A stretch of DNA of 64,000 bases from the human T2T-CHM13v2.0 reference genome, Homo sapiens (GCF_009914755.1 NC_060938.1); one strand, 5' to 3'. Shown: positions 13,181-28,779, counted from the first letter of the stretch. Notes: generated from the sequence alone by a model not told the origin. A program made the numbers and translations.

Positions 13181-15829
13181 ATAGCAGAGGATTTAGAGAG
13201 GCAAGGGGAGCAGAAATCCTCACAGCACAAGCACTGGTAGCAGTGGAGGGTGGGTAGGCCTGAGTTAGAAGTTAAGATGCCAGTCTTCTGATGTTCCTGG
13301 GAATAGATGTTTTGGCCAGCTATGTCTTATTACCAGTGCCCACTGATCCCAAAACTACCTTGCTGCATGCTGATAGCGTCCTCCTAGACCTCAGAGGTTG
13401 GAGGTGGGGGTGAGAGGGTCTTAGTTTACTAAGGTAGAAATCAGTGAACTGGTAGGGTCAGATCATGTCAGTGGAAATGATCCCAAGATTCCCTGACTGG
13501 TCTGAGGCTGCATATACCCTGCACTCTAATAGCCCATTGATGTCAGCTCTTGGCTACCTGCTCCAGTGAAACTCGGGTCCTAAAAGTCAACAGGTGCTCA
13601 GTGATAAAGCAGGGTACAAGGAGACAAAGAGAGGGTCTTAGGGACTGGGATCCTTTTGAATGGTCCTAAGAAGATATGACATTTGTTGTTTCACTAACTC
13701 CTACCAACTCATGCCTAGGTTTGCTCAAAGGGCTTTTGTTTCTGGAGGCATATCCTGAGGTCCTGAGTGGGAAGCTTAGAGCTTGGCCCATTAAAACAGA
13801 GAGCTCATTTTTCTTTCTTTTCCAGAAAAGCAAAGAAGCATCATGGGTAATGAAAAAAAAATACTGCACTAGGAGGAACCAGGAGACATGAGTTTGGCCT
13901 GGGATCTACATGTACTGATTCCTGTTTGACTTTGTATAAGCTTCTTTAATTTCTGCTACTAAGCCCCCTATCAAGGTGTTTTTGTTGTTGTTGTTTTTTC
14001 TCTTATTTCCTCAGATAGAATTATTTTATAGTCAAGCTTTGTTATTCTAGCAAAGAAACCTGGGGTTATGCTTTGGAAGGCCATTTTTTTCCTGTGTTTG
14101 AACCAAATTGAATTTAGCAGGTGCAAAGGGCTGCAGAAGAGACTTGGCAATTGATAGAATTATAGCCAGGATTCAGAGGGCCCTCAGGAGTCCTAGGCAT
14201 TGACTCTTTGAGCCCTGTGCTGAAATCACCTCTCAAGCTTTCCTCTATCCAGGCTCTTCTCTTGTGTGTGTAACACCATGCCATGCCCAGCCACACTTGG
14301 GAATAATCTCAGATTCCGTATCTTTACCTCTCTTTTTAATTTTGCTGCTCAGCCTCTCTGTGCTGCCTTCACACATCCCATTAGTCAACGAAGTCGTATT
14401 GATTTTATATCCAAATTCCTCTTAAACCCACACCATCTTGTTCATCCCCATGTTCCAGTGCTGCTCCTCCCTCACTGGACTCTTATAATTGCTGCTTTAC
14501 TGTGCATGGGATATGAGAGGTCCTCCATAAATAGCATTTGAACAAATGCAGAATGAGATAATAACACAAGTGAAATGACGTGAAACAGGCCTGAGTTCTC
14601 AATCTTCTACTTATATGGGATAGACATGGGTTGGTATTTCTAGAAATAATTATAGGAAAGAACTAGGTTCTTTTGTAGTCAACTCACCACGTGTCTGAAG
14701 TTACCTTATTTCCATCTCATGAAGATGTTTAACAAGTTCATGTGAAACAAACTGTTTCTACTGGGAAGACCATGTCCAAGTCTTCCCACATTCTGATGGA
14801 GGTGCCACACCCTCCCCTGCTTCTCTAGGGTCTCATTTTACCATCCTCATTTTGCCAGCCTCTGGGAAACCTGATCTAAGCCTATGCAATGCTAAAAGTG
14901 CCTGCTTAACAGCTTGGAAGGGAGGAGAGGCAATTTATTTGCTCAACTGAATTACCTGTTTACACTTCTGATCTCCAAAGCATATGTCAGAACAAGAAGA
15001 GAATAGAAGAAATTGTTAACATTGCATGGAACTAGGGAGTCCACATATAAGAGAAATTTATCACATGAAAATGCTTGCTTTCTTTGGTGGTGAATCTCTT
15101 TCACCATCAGAATTGCCTCCCTCCTGTCATTTACCTTGCAACAAATTTTCCTTTACAATATCTTTACTCAGGGTGCCTTTCCTCTGAAAACAGAAACACC
15201 TAGTTGACATCTCACCACTTTGCTGCTTTGGTTGCAGCCTAGTGATGGAATGACAAGCCCACTCCATAGGTGCCTCTGAATAGCTTATTTCAGGGAGCTG
15301 CAAGACAACTATTTGCTCAGAAAATTCTCACGAGGGTGATGGTTTTCAAAGCAGGAAGGAGAGGGAATTCCTGGTACACTTCCCCTCTGCATTGCTGGAG
15401 AAATGAAGAAACACTTGAAGGCAAAGTCATAAGTCAGGTTGAAGATGGTTTCTGGTGGAGTGGTTTGGAGATTTCATCTCAAGTTGAGAGCTGTCCTGGA
15501 ATAGCTTCTACCTGACTTGTTTATTTCTCAGCTATTAATAGAAACTAACAGAGTGAGGATGGTCCAGGAATCTCTCCCATAATGTCCTACTTCAGGACTT
15601 GAAATTCTGTTAGAAATTCAATTTTAATATCATGGGATAAAACATAAATGCATGAATCTCTTTGCAGAACCCCTGCCAAGGGACAGCCTTCAATAAATAC
15701 TTACGAAGCTGGACACTAGGCTGGTTGCTACAAATACAAAGAAAAGCAAGTCATATCATTTCCTACCAAGGAGCTCACAACCTGGATGATGATGCCAATT
15801 CTAAGACTAACAAGAACAGGTACTAGCGT

Positions 15830-15990
15830 AGATGGTGGTTTCTATATGCTAGGTACCATTCTATGTGCTTTATGTGCTGAAGTCATTGCATTATCACAAC
15901 AAGCCTATAAGACTCAACCCTGTTTTACAGGTGAGGAAACTGGGACACTGTCTTGTTAAGTGTCTTGCCTGAAGTCACAGGATTAACATG
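15830..15990 (-). mobile_element. MIR
   Basis: TGTTTTACAGGTGAGGAAACTGGG…GTTAAGTGTCTTGCCTGAAGTCACAG. Confidence 0.75.
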
Positions 15991-16407
15991 TACAAGGCAC
16001 TATGAGAGCAGAGAGAAAAGAGGCGTGGTCAGGGAGTAAGGGAGATACATGTACAGACCACTGATGTGGACTCATCATCTCCATAACTGCCCCTTTGCCC
16101 TTCCTTTGCATTCAAAATTATTATCTCTCTCTCATTCAATTTAGCTATTTCTATGAAGGGGTGAAAATCCCTAACCTCTTGATATGAATTTAGCATTCAA
16201 AGGCACCTGAGATGAGGAAGGCAGAAAGTGTTCAGTATAATTTGGGTCTGCTTCCTGATTTTTCTCAGGTTTGGTCAAGAGGCTGAAAAGCAAATAGAAT
16301 GCAATGGCAGGCACACACACATAAGGAGCTTATTGAAAAGATAGATCTCAATTTCTAGTATTTCCACCAGGCATTATGACCCTGACACCTTTTTCAGTTA
16401 TGGTACT

Positions 16408-16850
16408 CTATCAGGGTTACTTTGATTATAAGTGACAGGAAAACCCAACCCAAACTGCCTTAAGCCAAAGGAAATTTTAGAGGGTCCCATAAGGAGAAAG
16501 TCTAGGGGTTGCTCTGGGTCTAGGAATACCTTGATAGAAGATCTCATGTAATATTGCCGGGTTTTCTGTTCTCTTCTTTGAACTTAGTTCTCCTCCTCTT
16601 GCCTCATGATCACAAAATTGATGCAGCAGCTCCAACCCTTACTTTACTTAGCTTCTGTCTAGGGGGAGATATAACAGTTACTTTTCTGAATTATCAGAAA
16701 GAGTCCTGGGCTTTTCTATCGTTGGCCCTATTAAGTTACCTGCCTGTTTCTAGATCAGTAACTGTGCCCATGGAAATAAACTACACTGATTAGCTTAGGC
16801 CAATGGGTATAAGAATAAATGAAAGTGGAGAACCAGTAAGTCTCTGAGGA
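16408..16850 (-). mobile_element. Old MLT1 (K-like) LTR
   Basis: TATCAGGGTTACTTTGATTATAAGTGACAGGAAAACCCAACCCAAACTGCCTTAAGC. Confidence 0.6.
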
Positions 16851-17524
16851 AATTCAGTTTACGCTGGAGAATGGTAGTGACATCTTCAAAGGAAGCTTCT
16901 TGAGTGACCTATGTTATAGCTCTGTTAGATGGCGTGGTCCCTCCAGGGCTAACAGCATCTATAATACGTATGTTTCCTTATTCTCCTCCTTACCTATCAG
17001 TATGTCTGCTCTATGCTCAGGAGTATTCCACAGTGGCTCAGTGGCATGAATAATAGGAAATAATGTCTAAATGGACTATAAGACATAAGCTGGCTTTTTC
17101 AATGGCCCTTAAGTTTCTTAACTCCTGAGCCAGGGTTCTTCTTCAGACCAGAGGGACCTGGAACATCTTTGGTCCTACAGATGGTGTTGGTTGGGTATCA
17201 GCATATGGGGAGATACGTGGGTGGGAGGAGCTGATGTCAGAAGGCCTGAGTTGGAACATTGGATTACAATCAAAGGAAAAATCTTGAGCCTTCAATTGAT
17301 GAAAAAACCTCCTTAGTTGAAAAATGCAAAACTCTGGCAGACTCCTTCTGAGGATGATGAAGAAAAGACAAAACTCTCTGAAATAATTAAAACTCCGCAG
17401 GAGGGATATTATTATATATGGGGTTACTAGAAGGGGAGTCAGGATTAGGGTTGGGATTAGGGGAGTTATTAGACAGGGAGTCAGGGCCTCCTGCCATGGG
17501 AACTTCTTGTCAGTGATTTCTTCC

Positions 17525-17750
17525 CTTGGCCCTGAGATAGGCAGCTTGGTGGAGAAGGCTTATACTTCTTAGCTGGGTGACCTTGGATAATTCACTTAAT
17601 CTCGCTGGGTCTAGATTTCATAATCTGTAAATGAGGATAATAGGAAGACCAAGTTCATGAAGAAATTATGAAAATTAAATGAAAATGTTAGGTAGTTATG
17701 TTCAAACTCATGCAAGCTTGGCCAATAGCCAACCATTTGGTCAACATTAG
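17525..17750 (+). mobile_element. MIR
   Basis: CTTAGCTGGGTGACCTTGGATAATTCACTTAATCTC…ATCTGTAAATGAGGATAATA. Confidence 0.75.
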
Positions 17751-18759
17751 TTTCAGTTATTTTCTCCCTGTCTGTAAACTCTAGAGTTTACAAACTCAAC
17801 AATTTGGAGGTTTTTCTCCCCACGCAGCACATGACTTCACAACACTAAGCATGTCGATAGTGAATTAACTTGTCATTAATGTATGGGTTTTATTATTATG
17901 TTTGCTTTTGAATTAGTATTTTGAGCAGTTGCATCAAATCACAGAACAGTGGAGGGGTTCTGATTAAGCTGAGCCTTTCCCTGCTGCAGCACAGGCCCTG
18001 GGTAAGGGCCATTTGTATTAGGATCCCTGCCTTGCCCCTGACTAGCCAGATCACTTTGGTCTCTGACCTCAGTGTCCTGATTAGTCCACATGGGGATAAT
18101 AATACCTTCCCACAAGGTTATTGTGAGAATTTGAGACAATTCCTAGAAAGCCTGGTTCTTTTATGAGCTGTGTATTCATTCATTGTCAGTGCCCACTCTG
18201 TGGGATTTTGCAATTTAAAACATCACTTCCATGCATGGCTGTCTCTGGAAGGGTATAGGCCCAGAGGACCTCATCTGGTGATGGGGAAGCCCCCTAAATT
18301 GCTCATACGTATACATGTAAAATCAAAATCCACCAGTGCAGTTCTCCCTGCACCTCCCCCTATCCAAGCATGGGGCCAGGGTGGCTGCCAGATTGTTTTT
18401 TCCAAGGGTTGACCCTGTTTTCATGCTCCTGTGATTTACTTACAGAAGGGATTATCACATTGGATGAGAGGCTGAATTTCATAGACCTCAAATGTCCTTT
18501 TTCAACTCTGAGATTTTATGTGTCTATGTTTTCATTTCCAAATAGAAAATAACCCTTATCATTGCTAATGGTATTCCCTTAAGGAAGTTACTTAATCTTT
18601 CTATTTCTCAATTTCTTATTTTTAGAATAGAATGGATTATATTCCCTACATCCTAGGATGGGTGTGAGATTTAAACAAAGAATGCATGTAAGATGTTCAG
18701 CACAGTGTAGTAAGACGTTAATGGTGCTCACTGATAGACATTTCTTATTTGGGACATAA

Positions 18760-19064
18760 TAGAGTGACATTTCCTGACTCACTTGCCATTGGAAGGGGCT
18801 ATGTGACTAAGTCTGGCCAGTGAGCTGTGAGCCCAATAAGGTCTGTGACTTCTGGATCAGGGCACTGAAGTGTGCATGTGTGACTTCTGGCACAGCAACC
18901 ATAACATTCAACATGGTGGCTGCTCAGTCAGCCTGGGTCCCGAGCATCCCAGCCAACATAATGGCAGGTACTGTGAGAGGGAAATAACTTGTGGTGTACT
19001 AAGGCACTTGAAATTTGGAGGTGTTTTTTTACTGTTCTGTAACTTCACCTACATTGATTGATAC
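18760..19064 (+). mobile_element. Old MLT1 (H/I-like) LTR fragment
   Basis: GGGGCTATGTGACTAAGTCTGGCCAGTG…GAAATTTGGAGGTGTTTTTTTACT…TGATTGATAC. Confidence 0.65.
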
Positions 19065-19084
19065 GCACATTGTTTTATCCAAGA

Positions 19085-19312
19085 TAATAATAACTAATAG
19101 TACTTGGGCATTTGCTATGTGCCAGGTGAGTATTGGTTCACATTTTGCAATACCCTAGAACATACATATTATTATTAATCTCATATTTAGATGGGGAAAC
19201 TAAGGTTAGAAATGTTAAGTAACTTACCCAAGGTCACCCAGCCAGTAAGGGGAAGGGTGGGGATTTAAACCCAGGTCACGTGACTTCAGAGCTTGAGCTC
19301 TTAACCGCTGCT
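19085..19312 (-). mobile_element. MIR
   Basis: GATGGGGAAACTAAGGTTAGAAATGTTAAGTAACTTACCCAAGGTCAC…GGATTTAAACCCAGG. Confidence 0.85.
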
Positions 19313-19665
19313 CACCCGACTCCATAGACCAAACCTGTGGTTTCATGGTATGATCAACTAACATTAATTCTGCTTTCCCTTTCTCTTGAACTGCATCCCC
19401 TGTAGTTTCATTTGGAAGTGATTTCCTTTGTTGGCCATTACTCTTCAGAGTGGTGGTGAGGTTGGGAAGCCAGCAGAGTGGCCTGCTGTGGGTATTGAAT
19501 GCTGATGTTGTCATAGGAAGTCTCTCATTTTCTTTGCTTTGCTTGACTACTTTTTGGTTTTTAACCTGTTATTTAAGCCAAAGTATTTGATATGGGAACA
19601 GGAAGCCTCTTAAGGGTAAGGAAGGCATTTTGTCTTCTTACCTTTGCTTGAAGGCATCAAGATGA

Positions 19666-20405
<740 letters not shown>

Positions 20406-20429
20406 GTGATTTGAGGTCAGTGGCCCATC

Positions 20430-20790
20430 TGATACGGCTTAGCTCTGTGTCCCCACCCAAATTTCACCTTGAATTGTAATAATCCCCATGTGTCCATGAG
20501 AGGGACCCTGTGGGAGGTAACTGAATCATGGGGGCAGGTTTTTGCCATGCTGTTTTTGTGACAGTGAGTAAGTCTTATGAGATCTAGTCGTTTTATAAAA
20601 AAGAGTTCCCCTGCACATGCCCTCTTGCCTGTCAGCATGTAAGACATGCCTTTGCTCTTCCTTTGCCTTCTGCCATGATAGTGAGGCCTCCCCAGCCATG
20701 TGGAACTGTGAATCCATTAAACCTTTTTCCTTTATAAATTACCCAGTCTTGGGTACGTCTTTATTAGCAGCATGAGAACAGGCTAATACA
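20430..20790 (+). mobile_element. THE1 (THE1B-like) solo LTR, full length
   Basis: TGATACGG…CTGTGTCCCCACCCAAAT start, …CTAATACA end, perfect 5-bp TSD CCATC on both sides. Confidence 0.95.
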
Positions 20791-21669
20791 CCATCCTTTT
20801 TGGATTTGTGATTTTTTTTTTTCTGGGGGTGATATTGTCAAGTTGAGAGGAGGTAGCGAAGTGTGTAAGGTGTAAGTGTAGTGGTGGCATGTGGCCTTGT
20901 CAGGGCCTCAGCACATGCCTTTTATTGACACTGAAGTGTTGTGTGTAGGACTGTGTAAGGGCAGGGTGGTTGTTGTGCACACTGTCCTGATCTTTGGACC
21001 TAGAACTGATACATTGTGTCTAGTCACCAGGGGAGTTGTCCCTTTCTATCTTTTTAGACGGGCAAGTTGGCTGCCAAAAATGTTTAGGCAATTCTGGTGG
21101 TGTTTTCCTTTCTCATGAAATAGGCGGCTTCAACCTCATAGAATAAGAATCAGCCACTCTGCCTAACAATATTAATACTAACACCAATGCCCTTTATTAA
21201 GTGCCAGGGGATTTACTTGTATTACCAGATCTATTCCTCTCCATGACCCTGCAAGATGGGAATCATAGGATCCATTTGATGGTCCAGAATAATAAATATT
21301 AGGAAGAGTCAGCATTTTGTCCAAGGGCACACCATTAAAACAGTTTGCGTCAAAGTAGCAAAGAAAATAAATCACAGCATCAAAGAACAGGAGATTAAGA
21401 GAAACTGAGGAAAAACCACACGATCTCGGAGGGGTAGAGAATACTATATTTATAATGAAGAAGTCTGACTCTTTGGATTAATATAAAAATCTTGCCATGT
21501 AGCATGTGGGAGAGGAGAGCAAGGGAGGCTCACATGCTGGAGACAGGATTTGGTTCCAATGCTATCTGACTCTAAGGCTGATACATCTTTCTGTGCCATG
21601 GTGTTTTAATAAGCATGTAATTTAGAAATGTCCACCCACTTACTTCGGAACCATAGATTTCATTAAAGG

Positions 21670-21900
21670 AGAGTAAAAACCCAGGCTTTGGATACAGACA
21701 GACTTGAGAAACAGCTCTAAGATTTGGGCAAGGCTGGTCTTGAACTCCTGACCTCTCTATTCATCCTCTCTATGCCTCAGTTTCCTATTTGTTAAATGGG
21801 GATGATATTTAGCTTGCATGACTGTCATATGGATGAGATGACAGCATGTATACAAAATGCCTATCATGTAAAAAGCACTTAGTCTTTACCAGTTATTTTA
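21670..21900 (+). mobile_element. MIR carrying a 25-bp Alu fragment
   Basis: TTGGGCAAG…CCTCTCTATGCCTCAGTTTCCTATTTGTTAAATGGGGATGAT. Confidence 0.75.
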
Positions 21901-21946
21901 ATATATTCATGAAGAAGTTTCAGTTTTGTCGAGGAGAAAAGAGGCT

Positions 21947-22780
21947 GTGTCAGTTCTTTATTCTCTCATAACAAACTGTCACAACATTTGGCAGCTTAAA
22001 CAATAACAATTTGTTATTTCCCATGAGTTGAGGGGTTGACTGGGTAAGCCGTCCAGTTAGTTATATTTCATGTAATGTTAGCTTAGTCATTTATGTGGTT
22101 GCATTCAGCTGTGAACTTAGCTGGGCCTGGGATGTACAGGAAGGCTCCTTCACAAGACCTTCACAACTCCTCTCCTTGCTCAATTGTCTAACCCAGCTTC
22201 TTACATGGTGACTAGATTTCAAGTTCTCCAAAGTGGAAGCATCCCTGCTGCTATGGACTGAATGTTTGTGTCCCCTTGAAATTGCTATGTCGAAGCCCTT
22301 ATCCCCAGGGTGATGGTGTTTGGAGGTAGGACATCTGGGGGTCATTAGAGTTTGATGAAGTCATGACATTGGAGCACTTATGATGAAATTAATGCTTATG
22401 AAACGAGGAAGAGATGAGATCTCTGCATGCATGCACCAAGGAAGGCCATGGGAGGACAAATCCAGAAACACGGCTCTCACCAAGAACCCAACTATGCCGG
22501 CACACTGATCTCAGACTTCCAACCTGTAGAAACATGAGATATAAATGTTCATGGTCTAATCTCCATCTGCTGTACTCTGTTATAGCAGCCTGAACTAAGA
22601 CACTTGTCTTCTTAAGGTTTAGCCTGGAATTGGTGCACCGTCAATTCTATAAGTAAAGCAAGTCACATGGACAATGCGGATTCAAGGGGAGGGAAATTAA
22701 ACTCAGAGTATTGTTGGCAGAATGGCATGCATGTACTTGAAGGGGAGGAGTGATTGGCAGCCATATTTGAAGACTATCTC
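21947..22780 (-). mobile_element. Old MLT1 (H/I-like) LTR, host of a nested MLT1A
   Basis: CATAACAAAC…GCTTAAACAATAACAATTT start; GCAAGTCACATGG…GATTCAAGGGGAGGGAAAT…GGCAGCCATATTTG end. Confidence 0.65.
22249..22602 (+). mobile_element. MLT1A solo LTR
   Basis: TGCTATGGACTGAATGTTTGTGTCCCC … TGTTATAGCAGCCTGAACTAAGACA. Confidence 0.9.
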
Positions 22781-23671
22781 TCTTGGATACATTCATCCTA
22801 GATCATTCATAAACAAGGTGATTTTATGAGAAGTTTAATTCTTACTGTTCTGCATTTGCAGTGCAGACATTTACCATGATGACTTATTCCCTGTAGAGTG
22901 GGTTAATGTTTTCAGACATGGCTTCAGAGGACCTGGGGCTTCAGTTGAGCCCTGAATAAAGGATAGGAAATTGCTATGGAAGGAAAAGAAAAGGGTCTGT
23001 TGTATGCTTTGTTTTTTTCACTCACATGAACCAGGACAAACTCAGTGTGCCTTGGGTAAGGAGGGTGGCGACACTGATTTTAACTGTCAAATTGATCTAG
23101 AGTTGTCAGATGGGATAATTTAACCCTCAAATGAAGGTGATTTATCCTATGTATTGTAATCAAATAGTCATCTAAGTCACTCCCCGTGAGCTCTGGTAAA
23201 TCACTTTTAGTACATATTGAAAGTGACCGTATTGTATTTTATTGCAGAATTGCGTCTTATAGTAATAACTAATGCATGCCATTGGCTTTTGCTCTAGCAC
23301 CGAATTACACTCACTTGGAGGCACATGGATCCAGGTGGGCACTGTTGCTTCCATTTGCTTGTCCACAGTCAGAACTGAGAGGCAGGTAGGAAAACTGTAC
23401 TGCTGCAGTCTTTGTAGATTAGCTCAATTCAGAGACACCTGTGGTCTTGTGAAATGCCAAACTTTACTCCAGTGGCATTTGGGTCAATGTGAACTAGGAT
23501 GGGCCTAGCAATTCTATTAGGTGAATGACAAGTGCTTTGTAATGAAACAGAAGGACTTTATTTAAACAGATATAAGGACTGGACAGAAATCAGGCTTAAA
23601 TTATACCTTATCTGGGCTCCTGCTTTAACTTTGTAACTGGTCTTACCACTTGTGGTCTCAAGACTATTTTG

Positions 23672-24260
23672 TCCTGCAGCCCCCAGAGCAATCTCCCTGA
23701 AATGCAAGGTCAACTATGCTGGCCCCCGGCTTAAAGCCATCATGGCTTCCCAATGCCTGTGGGATGTTGTCCACACTCTTAGCTTAGCTTACAAGGCTCT
23801 CCATAGTCTGGCTCCTGCCCACCTGTCCAGCTTCATCTTGCGCCACTGCCCATTTTGAACTTTCCATGCTACCTACATACCGTGATTCACTTCTCCACAC
23901 TGTTGTTCATGTCCTTCTGTCTGCCTGAGATGTGCTCTCCCAGCTTCCTGACTCTGACCTCCTTTGCCTGGCCAACTCCTTCTGGTGCTGGAAGATGCAC
24001 CACAAACATGCCCCCATGGGAGCATGCGCAGATGCTCTCAGGCTGTGCTCATAATTTCCTGAGTCTCTCCCCTCATCATTTCACTTCTCACATAGCATTA
24101 TTATGACTTATTTAGGCCTGTAGCTCTACTACTAGATGGACTGTGAGCTCCTTGAAGGCAGGAACCCATCTTAATAATATGGGTATCCCAAGAAACCAGC
24201 ACAATAACTGGTTGGCCCAGAGGAGATGCTCAATAAATGTTTGTGGTATTAGTAAATTTA
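23672..24260 (+). mobile_element. L2 LINE 3' fragment
   Basis: ACAAGGCTCTCCATAGTCTGGCTCCTGCCCACCTGTCCAGC…GACTGTGAGCTCCTTGAAGGCAGG…GCTCAATAAATGTTTG. Confidence 0.85.
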
Positions 24261-24341
24261 TGAAAATACCTCTTTGGGTTGTCACAGAAGCACATGAGCA
24301 GTGGAGACAAGATTCTCATCTTGAATCTGAGTCTCCTTTGA

Positions 24342-24664
<323 letters not shown>

Positions 24665-25359
24665 TGAGGTTGCATATTTAGGTTGGAATTAGTGTGCATG
24701 TTCTCCATGAAGGTGAAATTTGTATGGCTCTGGGACCTAAAAGCCTAGGCAAGGGCATAGAGATATATTAGCCTGGGGTGGACTGGGGAATGTTTTACTA
24801 GTTAGCATTACGTGAGAAATTAAGCAAGTCTTACACACATGGATTTGAGACCCAGAATCTGCTCCATTTCTGGGGCTTTTGTGTGTTAGAAATAAGTACA
24901 GCTGATTATTTCATTTATGTTGGTGGATTTGGGGCTGCCAAGCTTCTCTGAAGGGCCCACATTTTCCTTTGGTACTCTATTTCTCATTTTGCCCTTAGAA
25001 ATAAGGAATCTTGGAGTAAATTCCAGAGGTGGTAGGAGAAGGGAGAATGCATTCCCACATTGGTAGCTAAGGTTCATAAGCTCCTAGAAAAGAAGGGAAA
25101 GATCTCTGAGCCTAGAACATGGGACTCCCCTTTCTTACTGTAATTTGCAGACAGATTGGGGCAAGAAACTCCATGCAGCTTGGAAACATGTCAGAGTGTG
25201 CCTTACAAGGAAACAAGGCAAATACAGGAGGAAAAAGGTAGGCTGCTGTTTGGTCTTTAGAAACAAGCATTTTCTTACATCCTTTTATTCCCGGTATATG
25301 TCCTATGAAAGTCATTCTGGTAGCAATGGTAATAGTACTATTAATAATAATGATGTACA

Positions 25360-25826
25360 TATATTGGATGTGTTCAACATGCCAGGCACCATGCCAAGCT
25401 TTTTACCTGGCTTACTTCATTTCAATTTATAACTTTATGAGGCAGATACATTTTCATTTCTATGTTACAGATGAGGCACAGAGAGGCATAGAAACTTGCC
25501 CAAGCTTGGAGGAGCTGGGATTTCAACTTAATCTAACACAGCACTGTATGTTCTCAAGTTGTCACTATATTACCTCCCAAACAACATTTACACTAACAAG
25601 TGCAGCCAATGTTTATTGAGTGCTAACTCTGTGCTGGGCACATTGCCAACCTTTACATGAAGAGCCTCAGTTACCCCTCAGCACCATCTTTGGGGTGGGT
25701 TATTATTATCCTTATTTCAAAGATCAAACAACTGAGACTTAGAGATTCAGTAACATGTCCAAGGTCACACAGCTAGTTCATGGTGGGACCTGAGTTCATT
25801 CTTAGGCTGCTTGTCTCCTAAGCCTC
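25360..25826 (-). mobile_element. Two tandem MIR copies
   Basis: TTACAGATGAGGCACAGAGAGG…CTTGCCCAAG and AACTGAGACTTAGAG…CCAAGGTCACACAGCTAG. Confidence 0.75.
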
Positions 25827-25839
25827 TAGTCCAACTTTT

Positions 25840-26112
25840 TAATTTTTTTATTTTATTTTATTTTTTGATAGGGTCTCACTCTGTCACCCAGGCTGGAGTA
25901 CAGTGGTGTGATCTTGGCTCACTACAACTCTGCCTCTCAGGCCCAAGCGATTCTCCTGCCTCAGCCTCCTGAGTAGCTGGGATTACAGGTGCTTGCCTCT
26001 ACCACCTGGCTAATTTTTGTATTTTTAGTAGAGATGGGGTTTCACCATGTTGGCCAGGCTTCTCAGCCTCCCTGAGTTCTGGGATTACAGGCATGAGCCA
26101 CCATGCCTGGCC
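25840..26112 (-). mobile_element. AluS with a ~34-bp internal deletion (B-box region)
   Basis: TSD tagtccaactttt; the junction GGCCAGGCT|TCTCAGCCTCCC lacks GGTCTTGAACTCCTGACCTC…. Confidence 0.95.
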
Positions 26113-26512
26113 ATAGTCCAACTTTTAAATTTTGGTTTAGGAAGTGTTTTTTATCCCATCAATCCAGATCTCCCTCTCATAGTCAGTTTTCACCTCTTCC
26201 CTGGGGATACGGCTCAAGGAGAACTTTCATCATCTTCAAATGCAAAGACCACGTGGCAATTAGAGTGTGGGGGATTCCAAGCCCCTTCTGGTGATTGTGG
26301 ACTTGAAAAACAGTAGTGGTAATGAATAATTAAAGGTTAAACAAAGGGAATAGTTCTAGAGACTGGGTGAAGGGGAGCCTGTTTTATTCCACTGAGTTTG
26401 AAGCCAGAACACCATGTCTTGGCACTGACATGCCTTGGAGACTTCGTATTGATGATCATGGCTAACTGACTCTTTCTCAGCTCTCAGTATCATTCATAGT
26501 CAGGACTTTACA

Positions 26513-26571
26513 TGTGTGTGTGTAATGTATATATATCTGTGTGCACGTGTGTGCGCGCGCGCGTACGCACG

Positions 26572-26597
<26 letters not shown>
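26513..26597. repeat. Compound (TG)/(TA)/(CG)/(CA) microsatellite
   Basis: Directly visible. Confidence 0.97.
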
Positions 26598-26605
<8 letters not shown>

Positions 26606-27642
26606 CTGACTACCAGTGATAATAATACATAGTTTTTTGGGGGAAGAAGGGATGCCTCTTGTATGCACAGCACTCAACTTCTGCTTTTGGGCAGGGAAGA
26701 TGGAAAAAAAAGGTAAAATGGGGTTATTTGTCCCAAGTTGACTTGACAGTCTAAGCAGGGGGATAAGGCAGATGAATATGTGAACAATGTTTTGGTAGAT
26801 TAGCTTGGTTAGAGGATTTTCAAACTTTTTGAAATTATAAAACCTACAAATATATATTTTTTAAATCACAAAACAAAACCTTAATGAATCAGTAAAATTC
26901 TCATAATCTTTATACAGGAAAGGTAGTAGAGAAAAGTTTATATCAGTTTGCAACTACAGATTTATGCCCTTACATATGAGTGGTAGATATGTGAAATATG
27001 ATTATTAGTAATAAAGTGAAGAGGATGTTATAGAGAGGGATGCAATAAAATTTATCTTTTTCATCATGTTCCTCATCTGGGTTACCATGAAACTAATGTG
27101 AACAGTTTCCAGCTCCAGGCAAAACATTTACACTCCTCACCTTTCAGTGCTATCATTTGTTGCATTTGGGAACAAATGTGCAGCTTCAGGGTGAGAATGG
27201 AAGAATATATAGGCAAAAGAAGAGCTATGAAATATATTAATAACGAATATTCTCACCTGAAAACTATGAATTTCAAGATCACACTTAAGGTCCACTTCAA
27301 TTTAAAAAATGTCCTGAGGATCTGAATAATGACAATTGGAAAATTAAAAGAGCATTGATAGCTTAAGTGCCAATGAACTCAAGGCCAAGATCTCAGTTTT
27401 CATGCAAACTGGTGGCTCTGACTTCGTTCCACTGCTATAGCCTTGGCTGAGGATCTTACAAGTGGGTTTTTGAAATGGATTCGGGTGGAGGCTCAGGGAG
27501 TGCACCTGTTACCTCCATGGGGCAAAGGCTCAATGTAGGGAACTTATGAGAGTTGGAGAGCATGATGTGTGCTGTGTAGACAGCACAGCATGGGGACCCA
27601 GCACTGCCCTCATCGACATTTCTCTTAGAAAATGTGATTACA

Positions 27643-28510
<868 letters not shown>

Positions 28511-28779
28511 AAAAAAGCAACAAGCGCCAGCTATTTCTCTAGTGGCATGTTAATCTTATGCAGTATTGGAATGGGAGCAGGCAGAGGGCTTGGTCCTAGA
28601 TGCTCCGTTTATTAGTTGGCTCATGGAGGATAAGCCTGAGCTTCTGAGAGTCTGGGGTAAACAAGTGGCCATGCCTTCCTCACAGGTCCCTGGAGGATCG
28701 GAGAAGTGATGTGTGCTGTGCAAAGGTGAAGGTTTCTAGCCAAGGCCACTGCTGGACTTGCACTTCTGCCTTTCTCCTG

